64,000 nucleotides of DNA from Nitrosopumilus sp. (GCA_965205425.1 CBDBGZ010000005.1:128001-192000); one strand, 5' to 3'; counted from the first letter of the stretch, positions 48,260 through 59,554 are shown. Numbers and translations: made by a program. Notes: generated by a model from the letters alone, not told the origin.

Positions 48260-50761
48260 GTGGATGTAACTCCTAAAAATTACCAATTAACTTTTGAACC
48301 TAATTTGACAAAATTTACTTTTGCAGGTACTGAAATCATTACTGTTGATTGTAAAAAATCTACTAATCTTATCACTATGGATTGTGCAGAACTAAAAATC
48401 ATATCATGTACTGTAAAATATAAAGGAAAAACTATTCAATCTTCTACAAAAACTAATGAGAAAAAAGAAGAATTACAAATTAAACTATCTGAAAAAATTA
48501 AAGGGACAATTTCGATTGATCTAGAATTTCAAGGTATCTTAAATGATAGATTACTTGGATTCTATCGGAGTCAATATGTTCAGAATGGAAAGACCAAATA
48601 TCTTGCAACTACTCAATTTGAAGCAGCTGACGCTAGACGTGCTTTTCCTTGTTGGGATGAGCCTGCGGCTAAAGCCACATTTGAAATTTCTATAATTGCT
48701 GACAATAAATTTACTGCTGTTTCAAACATGCCAGTTAAATCAAAGAAAAAAATTGGTACCAAGACTCTTTACAATTTTTCCAAAACTCCTGTTGTTTCAA
48801 CATATTTGATTTATCTTGGTGTTGGAGAATTTGAATATCTTACAGGAAAGGTAGGAAAAATACAGATTAGAGTAATAACCACAAAGGGAAACAAATCCAA
48901 AGGAAAGTTCTCTTTAGAATTGGGAAAGAAATTACTCACTTCTTATGAAAAATATTTTGGAATAAAGTATCCATTACCTAAATTAGATTTGATTGCAGTT
49001 CCTGATTTTGCTGCAGGGGCAATGGAGAATTGGGGTGCAATTACGTTTAGAGAAACTATTTTACTATATGATCCTAAAACATCTTCTACTAGAACTAAAC
49101 AATTTATTGCAGAAGTAATTTCACATGAAATTGCACATCAATGGTTTGGAAATCTTGTAACCATGAAATGGTGGAATGATTTGTGGTTAAATGAAAGCTT
49201 TGCAACTTTCATGGCCACAAAATTTGTTGATAAATTTTACCCTGAATGGGATTTGTGGAATCAGTTCGTTGAAGATGCAATGAATGTTGCGATGGGACTT
49301 GATTCACTAAAAACAACTCACCCGATAGATGTTACAGTTAATTCCCCTGCTGAAATTAGAGAAATTTTTGATGCTATTTCTTATGATAAAGGTGGATGTG
49401 TATTGAGAATGCTAGAACATTATGTTGGAGAACCAAATTTCCAAAAAGGTTTGAAAAAATATCTTTCTGACTTCAAATATCAAAACGCTAAAGGACAAGA
49501 TTTGTGGAATGCGATTGGAAGAGCATCAAAAATGCCTGTCTCTTCCATGGTTAATACTTGGTTAAAACAGCCTGGATTTCCACTAGTTGAAATCACTCAA
49601 GATGGAAGTTCATTGAAACTAAAACAAAAAAGGTATTTGCTTGAATCCGATAAAAAATTCAGTAAGGGATTGTGGTCAATTCCACTATCTTTGGGTTTGG
49701 ACTCTGAAATATCCAAAAAATTGTTTACCAAGAAATCTATGAATGTGAAATTGCCAAAAAATACTATAGGTTTTGTTGCTAATTATGGGCGCAAAGGATT
49801 CTACCGTGTAAAATATGATGAAGGAATTTTACTTGATTTGAAAATGTTGGTGGATGAAAAACGTATTCCTGCAATAGATAGGTGGGCTATACAAAATGAT
49901 TTGTTTTCACTATGTGTTTCTGGGGATGAACAAGTAAGAAATTATCTTGATTTCTCTGATGCATATTTTGAAGAAGATAGTTACCTTGCATCTGTAAATG
50001 TTGCACATAATTTGGCATCATTATATTTCCGTTCATTTGACGAACCCTTTGCAGAAGAAATTCGTGGATATGCTGTGAATTACTTTAAAAAAATTTTATT
50101 TAATTTGGGATGGGATCCACAAAAATCTGATAAACATACTGATGCATTACTGCGTGGATTTGCAATTTCTGTATTAGGTAAAATGAGTGATGAAGACGTA
50201 ACTGAAGAAGCCCTTAGAAGATATAAAAAATTCTTAAAATCTCCTAGTTCAATTTCTCCTGACTTGGTAGAGCCAATTTGTTCTATTGCTGCATGGAATG
50301 GAAATTCTAAAACACACTCTGAACTAACTAAACTATACAAAACTGCAAAAACAATGGAAGAAAAACTTCGATTTTTAGGTGCACTGTGTGGTTTCAAAGA
50401 TAAAAAATTACTTTTAAAATCACTCGATTTTTCCCAAACCTCTCAAGTTCGCTCTCAAAATATGCAATTACCGATAATGAAAGTTGCAGCAAATCCATAC
50501 GGTGAAAAAGTTTTGTGGCCTTGGCTAAAGAAAAATTGGAAAAATATCAATAAAAAAGTTGGACATGGAAATCCTCTTTTTAACAGAATTGTTGCAAGTA
50601 TTACATCTGTAGCTGACGATTCTATGGAAAAAGAAATTAAAACATTTTTCAAAAAGAATCCTACTCCTGGTACGGAGCGAACTCAATCTCAAACTTTGGA
50701 GAGAATTAGAATAAATTCAAAATTTCTTAGACGTATGAGAAAAGAATTCAAAGATGGCTAA
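48260..50761 (+). CDS. pepN: M1 family aminopeptidase
   Basis: TQFE...AR.AFPCWDEP, GAMENWG, HEIAHQW...NE. Confidence 0.95.
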   Translation: MDVTPKNYQLTFEPNLTKFTFAGTEIITVDCKKSTNLITMDCAELKIISCTVKYKGKTIQSSTKTNEKKEELQIKLSEKIKGTISIDLEFQGILNDRLLGFYRSQYVQNGKTKYLATTQFEAADARRAFPCWDEPAAKATFEISIIADNKFTAVSNMPVKSKKKIGTKTLYNFSKTPVVSTYLIYLGVGEFEYLTGKVGKIQIRVITTKGNKSKGKFSLELGKKLLTSYEKYFGIKYPLPKLDLIAVPDFAAGAMENWGAITFRETILLYDPKTSSTRTKQFIAEVISHEIAHQWFGNLVTMKWWNDLWLNESFATFMATKFVDKFYPEWDLWNQFVEDAMNVAMGLDSLKTTHPIDVTVNSPAEIREIFDAISYDKGGCVLRMLEHYVGEPNFQKGLKKYLSDFKYQNAKGQDLWNAIGRASKMPVSSMVNTWLKQPGFPLVEITQDGSSLKLKQKRYLLESDKKFSKGLWSIPLSLGLDSEISKKLFTKKSMNVKLPKNTIGFVANYGRKGFYRVKYDEGILLDLKMLVDEKRIPAIDRWAIQNDLFSLCVSGDEQVRNYLDFSDAYFEEDSYLASVNVAHNLASLYFRSFDEPFAEEIRGYAVNYFKKILFNLGWDPQKSDKHTDALLRGFAISVLGKMSDEDVTEEALRRYKKFLKSPSSISPDLVEPICSIAAWNGNSKTHSELTKLYKTAKTMEEKLRFLGALCGFKDKKLLLKSLDFSQTSQVRSQNMQLPIMKVAANPYGEKVLWPWLKKNWKNINKKVGHGNPLFNRIVASITSVADDSMEKEIKTFFKKNPTPGTERTQSQTLERIRINSKFLRRMRKEFKDG

Positions 50762-51161
50762 AAAATTAGGCCCTCCAATATTCCTTGGAGTTTTTACTGT
50801 TATTGCACTTGTATTTTTAACCGGAGGTGCATCTGATGATAAGGATGTGTATAGAGAAACATTTCAAGTAGAAGCAATTTACTATGATACTGGACATGTT
50901 GAAGTTTCATATTTTGATAAATCCGAAAAAACAACAAACGTTGTTTTAGAAATTTTAGGAATGAATGAATCTTTCCAAAAATCATTTTCAAATTCCGAAT
51001 TTATAGAAATAGTTCCATTCCCTAATGTGCCAAAATATGGGTGGGAAGTTCATCCAATAGTTTTAGAAATTGATCATAAAGATTTTGGCCATATTCAATT
51101 AAAAACTGAAATCCATTCTATCGGAGATTCCCTCCCTCCTGTAATCTATTCAATACCTTAG
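50754..51161 (+). CDS. Membrane-anchored hypothetical protein
   Basis: N-terminal TM; overlaps pepN stop. Confidence 0.7.
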   Translation: MAKKLGPPIFLGVFTVIALVFLTGGASDDKDVYRETFQVEAIYYDTGHVEVSYFDKSEKTTNVVLEILGMNESFQKSFSNSEFIEIVPFPNVPKYGWEVHPIVLEIDHKDFGHIQLKTEIHSIGDSLPPVIYSIP

Positions 51162-51206
51162 ATCGAACACAAGATTTTATTGCACCTCTAATTCATTTAC
51201 ATTATC

Positions 51207-52124
51207 TTGGATTTGCTTGTAGATCTAAAAAAAGGAAAACGAGGAGCAATTGCAAAAGCAATAACTATTGTTGAAAATGATCAAAAAGAATCAAAGAAAT
51301 TATTGAAAAAAATTTTCAAAGATAGTGGTAATTCTATGATTATTGGAATTACTGGTCCAGCTGGTGCAGGAAAAAGTTCTTTGATTAACAAAACCGCAAT
51401 TGCTATGAAAAAATTAGGCTCAAAACCTGCTGTCTTGGCAGTTGATCCTACTAGTCATGTAACTGGAGGTGCCATTTTAGGTGATAGAGTTAGAATGAGT
51501 GAATCTACTGATTCAGGAACATACATTCGAAGTATTGCATCTAGAGGTGCAACTGGGGCTGTATCTCGTTCATTACGAAATAGTATTCGTGTTTTAGAGT
51601 ATGCTGGATTTAATCCAATCATAATTGAAAGTGTTGGAGCTGGACAAACAGAAGTTGAAATTTCAAATATTGCAGACATTACAGTTGTTGTTTTTAATCC
51701 AAACACTGGAGATAGTATTCAAACTATCAAGGCTGGTTTAACTGAAATCGGTGATATCTACTTGGTTAACAAAAGTGACCTTAGTGGAACTAATCAATTG
51801 TTTGATGCTGTCCGTGATTTTATTGGAGATTCTGAGAGGAACCCTGTCATTCTTAAAACATCTGTGAAAAAAAATTCTGGAATTACTGTATTTGCCAAGA
51901 CTCTAAAAGATATGATGAAATCTAAAAAGAAACTAAAGGATGAAAAAGACCATGAACGACTTGAGACTGAACTAAAAGATATTGTTTTAAATAACATTAA
52001 AGAAAAAATTGATGACATGCTGATTTATGATAAATCATTTTCAAAATATCTTAAAAAATTACAATCCAAAAGTATTGATCCATATGACGCAGGAGACAAA
52101 ATCACAAAATCTTTGTTAAAGTGA
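51207..52124 (+). CDS. meaB: Methylmalonyl-CoA mutase-associated GTPase
   Basis: GPAGAGKS, AVDP.S...GGAILGDR.RM, E.VG.GQ.E, NKSD. Confidence 0.95.
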   Translation: MDLLVDLKKGKRGAIAKAITIVENDQKESKKLLKKIFKDSGNSMIIGITGPAGAGKSSLINKTAIAMKKLGSKPAVLAVDPTSHVTGGAILGDRVRMSESTDSGTYIRSIASRGATGAVSRSLRNSIRVLEYAGFNPIIIESVGAGQTEVEISNIADITVVVFNPNTGDSIQTIKAGLTEIGDIYLVNKSDLSGTNQLFDAVRDFIGDSERNPVILKTSVKKNSGITVFAKTLKDMMKSKKKLKDEKDHERLETELKDIVLNNIKEKIDDMLIYDKSFSKYLKKLQSKSIDPYDAGDKITKSLLK

Positions 52125-52130
52125 GATATT

Positions 52131-53732
52131 ATGGCCGCAAAAAAATCTACTAAATCTAAAACACCTGAGAAGAAAATTTTCACAGATTCTACATACCCTG
52201 TAAAACGCGTCTATCAAAAATCCAACAAAAAACGACCCGTTGAGGATGCTGGAAAATATCCTTTCACTAGAGGAATTCATCCAGGAATGTTCCGAGAAAG
52301 ATTTTGGACTATGCGGCAGTATTCTGGATTTGGAGATGCCAAACTTACCAATGAACGATTCAAATTCATGCTTGAAAAAGGTCAAACTGGTCTTAGTATG
52401 GCATTTGACTTGCCAACTCAAATTGGTTATGATTCAGATTCTCCTCAAGCTGAAGGTGAAGTAGGAAAAGTTGGAGTATCCATTACATCAATCAAAGATA
52501 TGCAGATTGCCTTTGATGGCATTCCATTAGGAAAAGTTAGTTCATCAATGACCATTAACTCTACAGCATCTACATTACTTGCATATTATATTGCAGTTGG
52601 AGAATCGCAAGGGTTCAAAAGTCATGAACTTCGTGGAACTACTCAAAATGATATTCTCAAAGAATACATTGCAAGAAATACCTACATCTATCCTCCGCAA
52701 CCATCAATGCGATTAATTGGTGATATGATAGAATATTGTGCAGAAAAAGTTCCTTCATGGTATCCTGTATCTATATCTGGGTACCATATGAGAGAAGCTG
52801 GTTGTACTGCAACACAAGAAGTTGCATTTACATTGGCTAATGCAATTGCATATATTCAAACTTGTATTGATAAAGGATTAAAAATTGATGACTTTGCACC
52901 TCGTTTGTCATTTTTCTTTTGTTGTACAATTGAGTTCTTTGAAGAGGTTGCAAAGTTTAGAGTTGCAAGAAAAGTTTATGCAAAAATATTAAAGGAAAAA
53001 TTCCATGCAAAGAATCCCCGTTCATTACAATTAAAATTCCATACTCAAACTAGTGGAGAATCATTAACTGCACAACAACCAAACAACAATATCGTTCGTG
53101 TTGCCATTCAGACAATGGCTGCAGTGGCCGGCGGCACTCAATCATTACATACTAACTCTCGTGATGAAGCACTTGCACTTCCTACTCAAGAGTCTGCCAA
53201 AATTGCACTTAGAACCCAGCAAATTGTAGCCCATGAAAGTGGTATTACAAAGACTGCAGATCCACTTGCTGGTTCATATTATTTGGAAGAATTATGTGAT
53301 CAAATTGAGGCTGATGTTTGGAAATATCTTAAAAAAATAGAAAAAATGGGTGGCTCTGTAAAGGCAATTGAGAAAGGATTCTTCCAATCTGAAATCCGTG
53401 CAAATGCATACAGATTGAAGAAAGAAACTGATGATGCTGAAAGAGTAATTGTTGGTGTAAACAAGTATGCCGAAGAAGAAGAACAACCTGAATTATTGAG
53501 AATTGATGGTAGAATTGAGATTCAACAAAAGAAAGCACTTAAAAAATTACGTTCTGATAGAGATTCTAAAAAATTAGAAAAGGCATTATCTGCAATGCAA
53601 AGTGCAGCTGACACTGAAGAAAACTTGATGCCCTACATCGTAACTGCTGCTAAAGCATTTGCTACAACTGGGGAAATTAGTAACACATTCAGAGAAGTCT
53701 TTGGTGAATATCGTCCAAAAGAGGTCTTTTAA
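52131..53732 (+). CDS. mcmA: Methylmalonyl-CoA mutase, large (substrate-binding) subunit
   Basis: YPFTRG, WTMRQY.GF, QNDILKE, SGYH.REAG, QSLHTN. Confidence 0.95.
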   Translation: MAAKKSTKSKTPEKKIFTDSTYPVKRVYQKSNKKRPVEDAGKYPFTRGIHPGMFRERFWTMRQYSGFGDAKLTNERFKFMLEKGQTGLSMAFDLPTQIGYDSDSPQAEGEVGKVGVSITSIKDMQIAFDGIPLGKVSSSMTINSTASTLLAYYIAVGESQGFKSHELRGTTQNDILKEYIARNTYIYPPQPSMRLIGDMIEYCAEKVPSWYPVSISGYHMREAGCTATQEVAFTLANAIAYIQTCIDKGLKIDDFAPRLSFFFCCTIEFFEEVAKFRVARKVYAKILKEKFHAKNPRSLQLKFHTQTSGESLTAQQPNNNIVRVAIQTMAAVAGGTQSLHTNSRDEALALPTQESAKIALRTQQIVAHESGITKTADPLAGSYYLEELCDQIEADVWKYLKKIEKMGGSVKAIEKGFFQSEIRANAYRLKKETDDAERVIVGVNKYAEEEEQPELLRIDGRIEIQQKKALKKLRSDRDSKKLEKALSAMQSAADTEENLMPYIVTAAKAFATTGEISNTFREVFGEYRPKEVF

Positions 53733-53739
53733 TTATATT

Positions 53740-54558
53740 CTATTTATTGGATCTTGCAATATAAAAATCGGCATAAAAATTACCATCATCTTCATATTTT
53801 TCAGTATTAATTCCCATGTCCTGTAATAAAGAAACAGTCTGTGCTTTTTCTTTAGAATCTGAAAAATTTCTTTGACGTATTGGTTTTATGTCGCTTTTTA
53901 CAATAGAGTAATCATACATCTCAAAAACTTCTTCAATGTCTTTCATACCAAACATTCTAAGAACAGAGAATGCAAAAATTGGAGCAGTATATTCTGTTTC
54001 AGATTCATTTGAATTAGATTGTCTATTTTTAATTACTTTTAGTAGATTCAAAAATGCCTTGTATCCGATATAACCTACACAACCAGTTGCAATTACTATG
54101 TCCATCTTCGGTAATGATTCTAATAAATTTAATTTTTCAGCTTCAAGATCAATATCTATACCTCTTTCACACAAATCCATTTCTTCAGAGAATTTTAGCG
54201 CCTCTTTTGAAATATCTATTTGATAAAAATTGATGTTATCGTTACTTGTGCATTTTTCAAAGAATTGTTTAGTTTCTTTCTTTGTAGGTTCAGATCCATT
54301 TAAGAAGAAATCACTTAATTCTAACATTGTTAAATTGTATTTCAACAGTGATGAGTTGATACCATACGAACTTCCTAAATCTAAAACATTAATGGGTCTA
54401 GATAATTTATTTTCAATTTGTTCTATGATGGATGTGTACAGCGGTTTTGTTGAATCTGATATAGAATATTTCAACCGCTTCATTTCTTTTAGATATTCAT
54501 ATGGAGAATCCTGTGTGTAGATATCTGTAAAATCTTTTTTCACTTTTAATTCATTCAT
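53740..54558 (-). CDS. Class I SAM-dependent methyltransferase-like protein
   Basis: VLDLGSSYG motif I, DIS..AL, TGCVGY. Confidence 0.75.
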   Translation of the reverse strand: MNELKVKKDFTDIYTQDSPYEYLKEMKRLKYSISDSTKPLYTSIIEQIENKLSRPINVLDLGSSYGINSSLLKYNLTMLELSDFFLNGSEPTKKETKQFFEKCTSNDNINFYQIDISKEALKFSEEMDLCERGIDIDLEAEKLNLLESLPKMDIVIATGCVGYIGYKAFLNLLKVIKNRQSNSNESETEYTAPIFAFSVLRMFGMKDIEEVFEMYDYSIVKSDIKPIRQRNFSDSKEKAQTVSLLQDMGINTEKYEDDGNFYADFYIARSNK

Positions 54559-54683
54559 GTTGGAGTTATAGTATTGTTTGACCCTTAATAAAACCCAATA
54601 CTGTTACTGGGCACAAAACAAAAATTTTGTAATTTTAAAATTAAATAAATCCATTAATACTGTAAGTTAAGAAAGTCTTTTAG

Positions 54684-55082
54684 ATGAAAATAGATCATGT
54701 TGCCATTGCAGTAAATGATGTTGAAGAATCAGCCAAAGTATACCAACAAGCATTAGGTGTTGATAGTGTAGAATTTGAAACCGTTGAATCTGAAGGTGTT
54801 AAAGTTGCAATTATTCATCTAGAAAATGGTCGAGTAGAGTTAATGCAGCCAACAAATGATGAAAGTCCAATTAAGAAATTCTTAGATAAAAAAGGACAAG
54901 GACTACATCACATGGCATTGGATACTGATAACATTGAAGGTGAAGTCGAACGTATGGAAGGTTGTGGAATCCAGTTTCTAGGTAAGATACGACCTGGTTC
55001 AGCTGGCACTAAAGTTACTTTCATTCATCCAAAATCACTTCATGGTGTTTTAGCAGAATTATGTTCCCATCCTAAAGAGTGA
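54684..55082 (+). CDS. mce: Methylmalonyl-CoA epimerase
   Basis: DHVAIAV, EL..P, GLHH.A, F.HPK...GVL.EL. Confidence 0.95.
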   Translation: MKIDHVAIAVNDVEESAKVYQQALGVDSVEFETVESEGVKVAIIHLENGRVELMQPTNDESPIKKFLDKKGQGLHHMALDTDNIEGEVERMEGCGIQFLGKIRPGSAGTKVTFIHPKSLHGVLAELCSHPKE

Positions 55083-55273
55083 ATTCATTTTTGAGTGACA
55101 CTGATACTATATCTAAAATTAAATCTCATTTAGAAAAAACAAATGAAATCATTGAAGCTTCAATTGAACAAGATTCTTTATTTCACGATTCTTCTAAAAA
55201 TAAAATTTTCAAACTGTGGCTGGAATCTAATCATTTTGCATTAAATATTTTAAAACAAAATTCTAAAGAATAA
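55079..55273 (+). CDS. Hypothetical protein
   Basis: 64-aa ORF with GTGA overlap. Confidence 0.55.
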   Translation: MNSFLSDTDTISKIKSHLEKTNEIIEASIEQDSLFHDSSKNKIFKLWLESNHFALNILKQNSKE

Positions 55274-55831
55274 TTATTCCATCATTTTCAAAGTATCTGA
55301 AGCTGTAATTATGCCTATGATTTTAGACTTTTTTGAAACTAGTATACATTTGGAATATCTTATCAATGGAACTAAAACGTTTGCCGGTGTATCAAAATCT
55401 ACAATTGGTGGAACTGATTCCATTGTATCTGCTAATTTTGCTTTTTTTAATTCTGCTTCACCTAAATCTGCCAAATGCTTTACAATTCCATCTTCTGATA
55501 CTACTCCTACTACGTCTGAATTATTGAAAATTGGAATTTGGCTAATTGATGATTGATGCATTTTTTTAATTGCATCGTGTAGTGTATTTGTTGGTTTTAA
55601 TTTCACAATATCCTTACTACAAAAATCTCCGGCTGTATGTGATGATGACTCTCCCTCTAGTTTTGCGAGACTCTCAAAAATCTTTTTAGCAGTATCATAA
55701 CTTGGTTGACTTCTGCCTGATTCAATTTGATTAATCATTGAAGTACTAACTCCTGTCATAGTTGCTAATTTTTTTTGAGTAATGCCAATTTTTTGCCTGA
55801 TTTGTTTAATGGACTCTATTCTTGGAAGCAA
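55274..55831 (-). CDS. XRE-HTH + CBS-pair transcriptional regulator
   Basis: ITQ..LA...GVS...I..IESG; ISQIP, GIIT..D. Confidence 0.92.
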   Translation of the reverse strand: MLPRIESIKQIRQKIGITQKKLATMTGVSTSMINQIESGRSQPSYDTAKKIFESLAKLEGESSSHTAGDFCSKDIVKLKPTNTLHDAIKKMHQSSISQIPIFNNSDVVGVVSEDGIVKHLADLGEAELKKAKLADTMESVPPIVDFDTPANVLVPLIRYSKCILVSKKSKIIGIITASDTLKMME

Positions 55832-55868
55832 TTAGATTTGAAATAGATGTGGTTGGTTTTAAAATGTA

Positions 55869-58541
55869 TTATTTTTTAGATTTCTTTTTTGGTTGCTCAA
55901 TTGCTGCCTGTGCTGCTGCTACTATGGCAATTGGAATTCTATGTGGGGATGCACTAACATAACTTAGACCTGCACCGTGGCAAAATTTGATAGAACTAGG
56001 ATCCCCTCCATGTTCTCCACAAATTCCAACTTCCATGTTTGGTCTGAGTGTTCTTCCTGCAGCAACTCCAATTTTGATTAAACTACCTACACCGTTGACA
56101 TCAATTGATTGGAATGGATTTCTTTCAAGTAACTCTTTTTCTATGTATTCTGGAAGGAATTTCCCTTCTACATCTTCTCTACTGAAACTAAATGTCCCTT
56201 GTGTAAGATCATTTGTACCAAAACTAAAGAATTCTGCTGTAGTTGCAAGTTCATTTGCAGTAAGTGCTGCCCTTACAACTTCAATCATGGTTCCAAAGTT
56301 AATCTTTAATTTCATTTTGTGCTTTGATTCTGTTTCTTTCTTGATAGCATCATAAATTTTCTTGATATGATTTAGTTCTGCAATACTACTAATTTGTGGA
56401 ATCATAATTTGAGGATGTGCTTTGACTTTCTTTTTTGTCAATTCCACTAATGCATCAAAGACTGCACGAATTTGCATTTCATAGATTTCGGGATATGTAA
56501 TTCCTACACGAACTCCTCTATGTCCCATCATTGGATTAATCTCTGCTAGTTCTCTTGCTCTTTTCAAAACAATTTTTGCTTGTTTAATTTCATTTGTTTT
56601 TCCACTTGATTCTAATTTCTGAATCTTTTCAACTAATTCTTCTGGATTAGGTAAGAATTCATGTAAAGGCGGATCTAATAATCTAATTGTCACTTCATAA
56701 CCTTCCATAGCTTTTAGAATTTCAATAAAGTCACTTTTTTGTAATTGACCTAATTTCTTTAATATTTTATTTCGTTCTTCAATGTTTTCAGCCATGATCA
56801 TTTCTACAAACAAGTTAATTCTATCGCTACCGTTGAACATTCTTTCTGTTCTACATAATCCAATTCCTTGACCTCCAAACTGTCTTGCAAGCTTTGCACC
56901 TTCTGGAGTATCTGCATTTGCTCTAATTCCTATCTTTTTTGCTTTTTGGGCCCAATCTAAAATCTGTTCAAAGTCTTTTGTTACTTTTGGTTCTACTGTT
57001 GGTACCCCTCCGATAAAGACAGTACCTGCACTTCCATCGATGGTAATTGTTTCACCACCATTGATTGTCACTCCATTTGCAGTACATGTGTTATTATCAT
57101 AATCAATTTTTAATTCCGGACATCCTACTATACACGGCTTTCCCATTCCTCTTGAAACAATTGCTGCATGGGATGATTTTCCTCCTAAACTAGTCAAAAT
57201 CCCTTCTGATGAAAAGAATGCAGGAACGTCCTCTGGTTTTGTTTCTTTTCTTACTAAGATGATTTTATTTCCAGCGTCTCCTAATTCTATTGCTTTTTTA
57301 ACATCAAATTCTACTATTCCACTTGCTGCTCCTGGAGAGGCTGCAATTCCTTTTGCTAATTGTTTATAATTTTCAATTTTAGACTCATCCATTGTTCTAT
57401 GTAGTAGTGCTTCTAATTGTTGTGCTGGAATTCTTGTAAGTGCTTTATCTTTACTGATTAATTTTTCTTTAACCATGTCAACTGATGTTTTTACTAATGC
57501 AGATGCACTCATCTTTGCAGTTCTTGTTTGTAATAGGTAAAATTTCCCTTGTTCAATAGTAAATTCAATATCTTGCGGTTCTCTGAAATGTTTTTCTAGT
57601 TTTGTGCATGCATTGCTTAATTCTTTATGTGATTTTGGCATGTCTTTCTTTAGTAATTCTATACTCTTTCCTGTCCTTACTCCTGCAACAACATCTTCTC
57701 CTTGGGCGTTGATTAGGTATTCTCCCTCGATCTCTTTTTTACCATTATGACCATTTCTTGTAAATACTACGCCTGTTGCACTATCATCTCCCATGTTTCC
57801 AAATACCATTGTAACTACGTTAACTGCAGTTCCATTTGCAATATCTTTAGTAATGTTATTTTTCTCTCGATAAACTATTGCTCTTTCTCCCATCCAACTT
57901 TTGAAAACAGCTTCTATCGATAATACTAATTGCTCATCAGGCGTATCTGGAAATTTTCTTTTGGTATGTTCCTCACAGATTTTTTTATATTCTGATACAA
58001 TTTTTTTTAATGATTCTACATTTAGTTTACTATCATCAGAAACTCCTTGTTTCGTTTTTGCTGAATCTAAGACATGATCAAATTTTTCATCATTTACTCC
58101 AAATACTACTTTTCCAAATAATTGAATAAATCTTCGATATGAATCCCATAAAAACCGTGGATTCTTTGTTTGTTCTGCAAATCCTTCTACTGTTTTTTCA
58201 TTTAATCCTAAATTCAAAATTGTATCCATCATTCCTGGCATTGAGATTGCTGCCCCTGAACGAACTGAAACTAATAATGGGTTCTTTGTTGAATTCCATT
58301 TTTTACCTGTCTTTTTTTCCATTTTTGCAATATTTTTCATTACTGCTGGCATGACATCTTTTGGAAGTTTTTTGTTGTTATCATAATACTTGTTACAAAC
58401 TTCAGTTGTGATCGTGAATCCTGGAGGTACTGGTAGTTTTAGTTGAGTCATCTCGCTTAATCCTGCCCCTTTTCCTCCTAGAAGCATTCTCTTTTTACTG
58501 TCTGCTTCTTCAAATGCATAAACTGGTTTGTTTTTTACCAT
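55869..58541 (-). CDS. ppdK: Pyruvate, phosphate dikinase
   Basis: LGGKGA.L, SMPGMMDT, SHAAIV, GLCRTE, SFGTNDL, CGEHGG. Confidence 0.97.
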   Translation of the reverse strand: MVKNKPVYAFEEADSKKRMLLGGKGAGLSEMTQLKLPVPPGFTITTEVCNKYYDNNKKLPKDVMPAVMKNIAKMEKKTGKKWNSTKNPLLVSVRSGAAISMPGMMDTILNLGLNEKTVEGFAEQTKNPRFLWDSYRRFIQLFGKVVFGVNDEKFDHVLDSAKTKQGVSDDSKLNVESLKKIVSEYKKICEEHTKRKFPDTPDEQLVLSIEAVFKSWMGERAIVYREKNNITKDIANGTAVNVVTMVFGNMGDDSATGVVFTRNGHNGKKEIEGEYLINAQGEDVVAGVRTGKSIELLKKDMPKSHKELSNACTKLEKHFREPQDIEFTIEQGKFYLLQTRTAKMSASALVKTSVDMVKEKLISKDKALTRIPAQQLEALLHRTMDESKIENYKQLAKGIAASPGAASGIVEFDVKKAIELGDAGNKIILVRKETKPEDVPAFFSSEGILTSLGGKSSHAAIVSRGMGKPCIVGCPELKIDYDNNTCTANGVTINGGETITIDGSAGTVFIGGVPTVEPKVTKDFEQILDWAQKAKKIGIRANADTPEGAKLARQFGGQGIGLCRTERMFNGSDRINLFVEMIMAENIEERNKILKKLGQLQKSDFIEILKAMEGYEVTIRLLDPPLHEFLPNPEELVEKIQKLESSGKTNEIKQAKIVLKRARELAEINPMMGHRGVRVGITYPEIYEMQIRAVFDALVELTKKKVKAHPQIMIPQISSIAELNHIKKIYDAIKKETESKHKMKLKINFGTMIEVVRAALTANELATTAEFFSFGTNDLTQGTFSFSREDVEGKFLPEYIEKELLERNPFQSIDVNGVGSLIKIGVAAGRTLRPNMEVGICGEHGGDPSSIKFCHGAGLSYVSASPHRIPIAIVAAAQAAIEQPKKKSKK

Positions 58542-58568
58542 GCAAAATTTTGTAAATTATTTGGCTTT

Positions 58569-59225
58569 TTAAACTAATGCCTTAGCAAATTCAGAAATTA
58601 CTTTATCCCAGTTTTTTGCTTTAATTATTCCGCTTGCTACTAGGATCCCCTCTGATCCTAACTCTGCTGCTTTTGATACATCTTCTCCTGATACAATACC
58701 TGCACCACAAAGTAATTTTGTTTTATTTTTTGAATTATTTACTATGCTTGCAGCTTTTGCAATTAATTCTGGTTTTTCTTTAGAAACTGCCTTACCTGAT
58801 CCAATTAATTCTGGTGGCTCTATTGCAATATAATCTGGATTTAATCTTACATATTTTTTGACTTCTGCAACATCTTTTACACATAGAATTGATATCATTT
58901 TTAGTTCTTTTAATTTCAAAATCAATTTTTCAATCTCTTTACTTGCAATTCTATGTTCGCTGTGGTTAATCAATGAACCTTTTACTTTGGATTTTTTTAA
59001 TAATTCTGGAATAACAAAACCTGTTGTACTTCCAACTTTTGAATCATCAACATGTTGAGCTAAAATTGGAATTGAACTATTTGATACTAGACCGATTAAA
59101 TGTTGTGGTGGAGAAATTGCTATTTTTACTTTGTATTTTTTAGAAATTTTTTCTGCTGTTTTTACAAATTTAATTATTTTATCTCCTGCAATTTCTTCAT
59201 AATTTTTACAATTAATTACAAACAT
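58569..59225 (-). CDS. tpiA: Triosephosphate isomerase (archaeal type)
   Basis: IN.K.Y, NHSE, IEPPELIG.G, LCGAG. Confidence 0.95.
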   Translation of the reverse strand: MFVINCKNYEEIAGDKIIKFVKTAEKISKKYKVKIAISPPQHLIGLVSNSSIPILAQHVDDSKVGSTTGFVIPELLKKSKVKGSLINHSEHRIASKEIEKLILKLKELKMISILCVKDVAEVKKYVRLNPDYIAIEPPELIGSGKAVSKEKPELIAKAASIVNNSKNKTKLLCGAGIVSGEDVSKAAELGSEGILVASGIIKAKNWDKVISEFAKALV

Positions 59226-59269
59226 CTTTCTTTGAAATTTTCTGCATTGTATTTATTCCTTGATTATAA

Positions 59270-59554
59270 TTATGGTGTTTTTGCTTGTCTGTCATATCTT
59301 TTTTTCATTCCTAATACGATTATCATTAAGATTAATCCTGACATGTTTGTACCTATGATAAATACATCTTCTACGATAATTCCATAAATCAGCCACAAAA
59401 TTGAACCTGCAGCAATGAAAATCATTAGGAATTTTGAAACATCTTTGAGTCTTTTTGTCTTGTACCCTTTGTAGATTTGTTCGACCCATCCCATCAAAAT
59501 CAAAATTCCTGCTGCTATTCCTAACATTGTTAGAAGTGTTCCATCAACTTCCAT
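59270..59554 (-). CDS. SemiSWEET/PQ-loop-like small transporter
   Basis: Three TMs; Q..K.YKTK...D.S, LW..YG, N. Confidence 0.8.
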   Translation of the reverse strand: MEVDGTLLTMLGIAAGILILMGWVEQIYKGYKTKRLKDVSKFLMIFIAAGSILWLIYGIIVEDVFIIGTNMSGLILMIIVLGMKKRYDRQAKTP

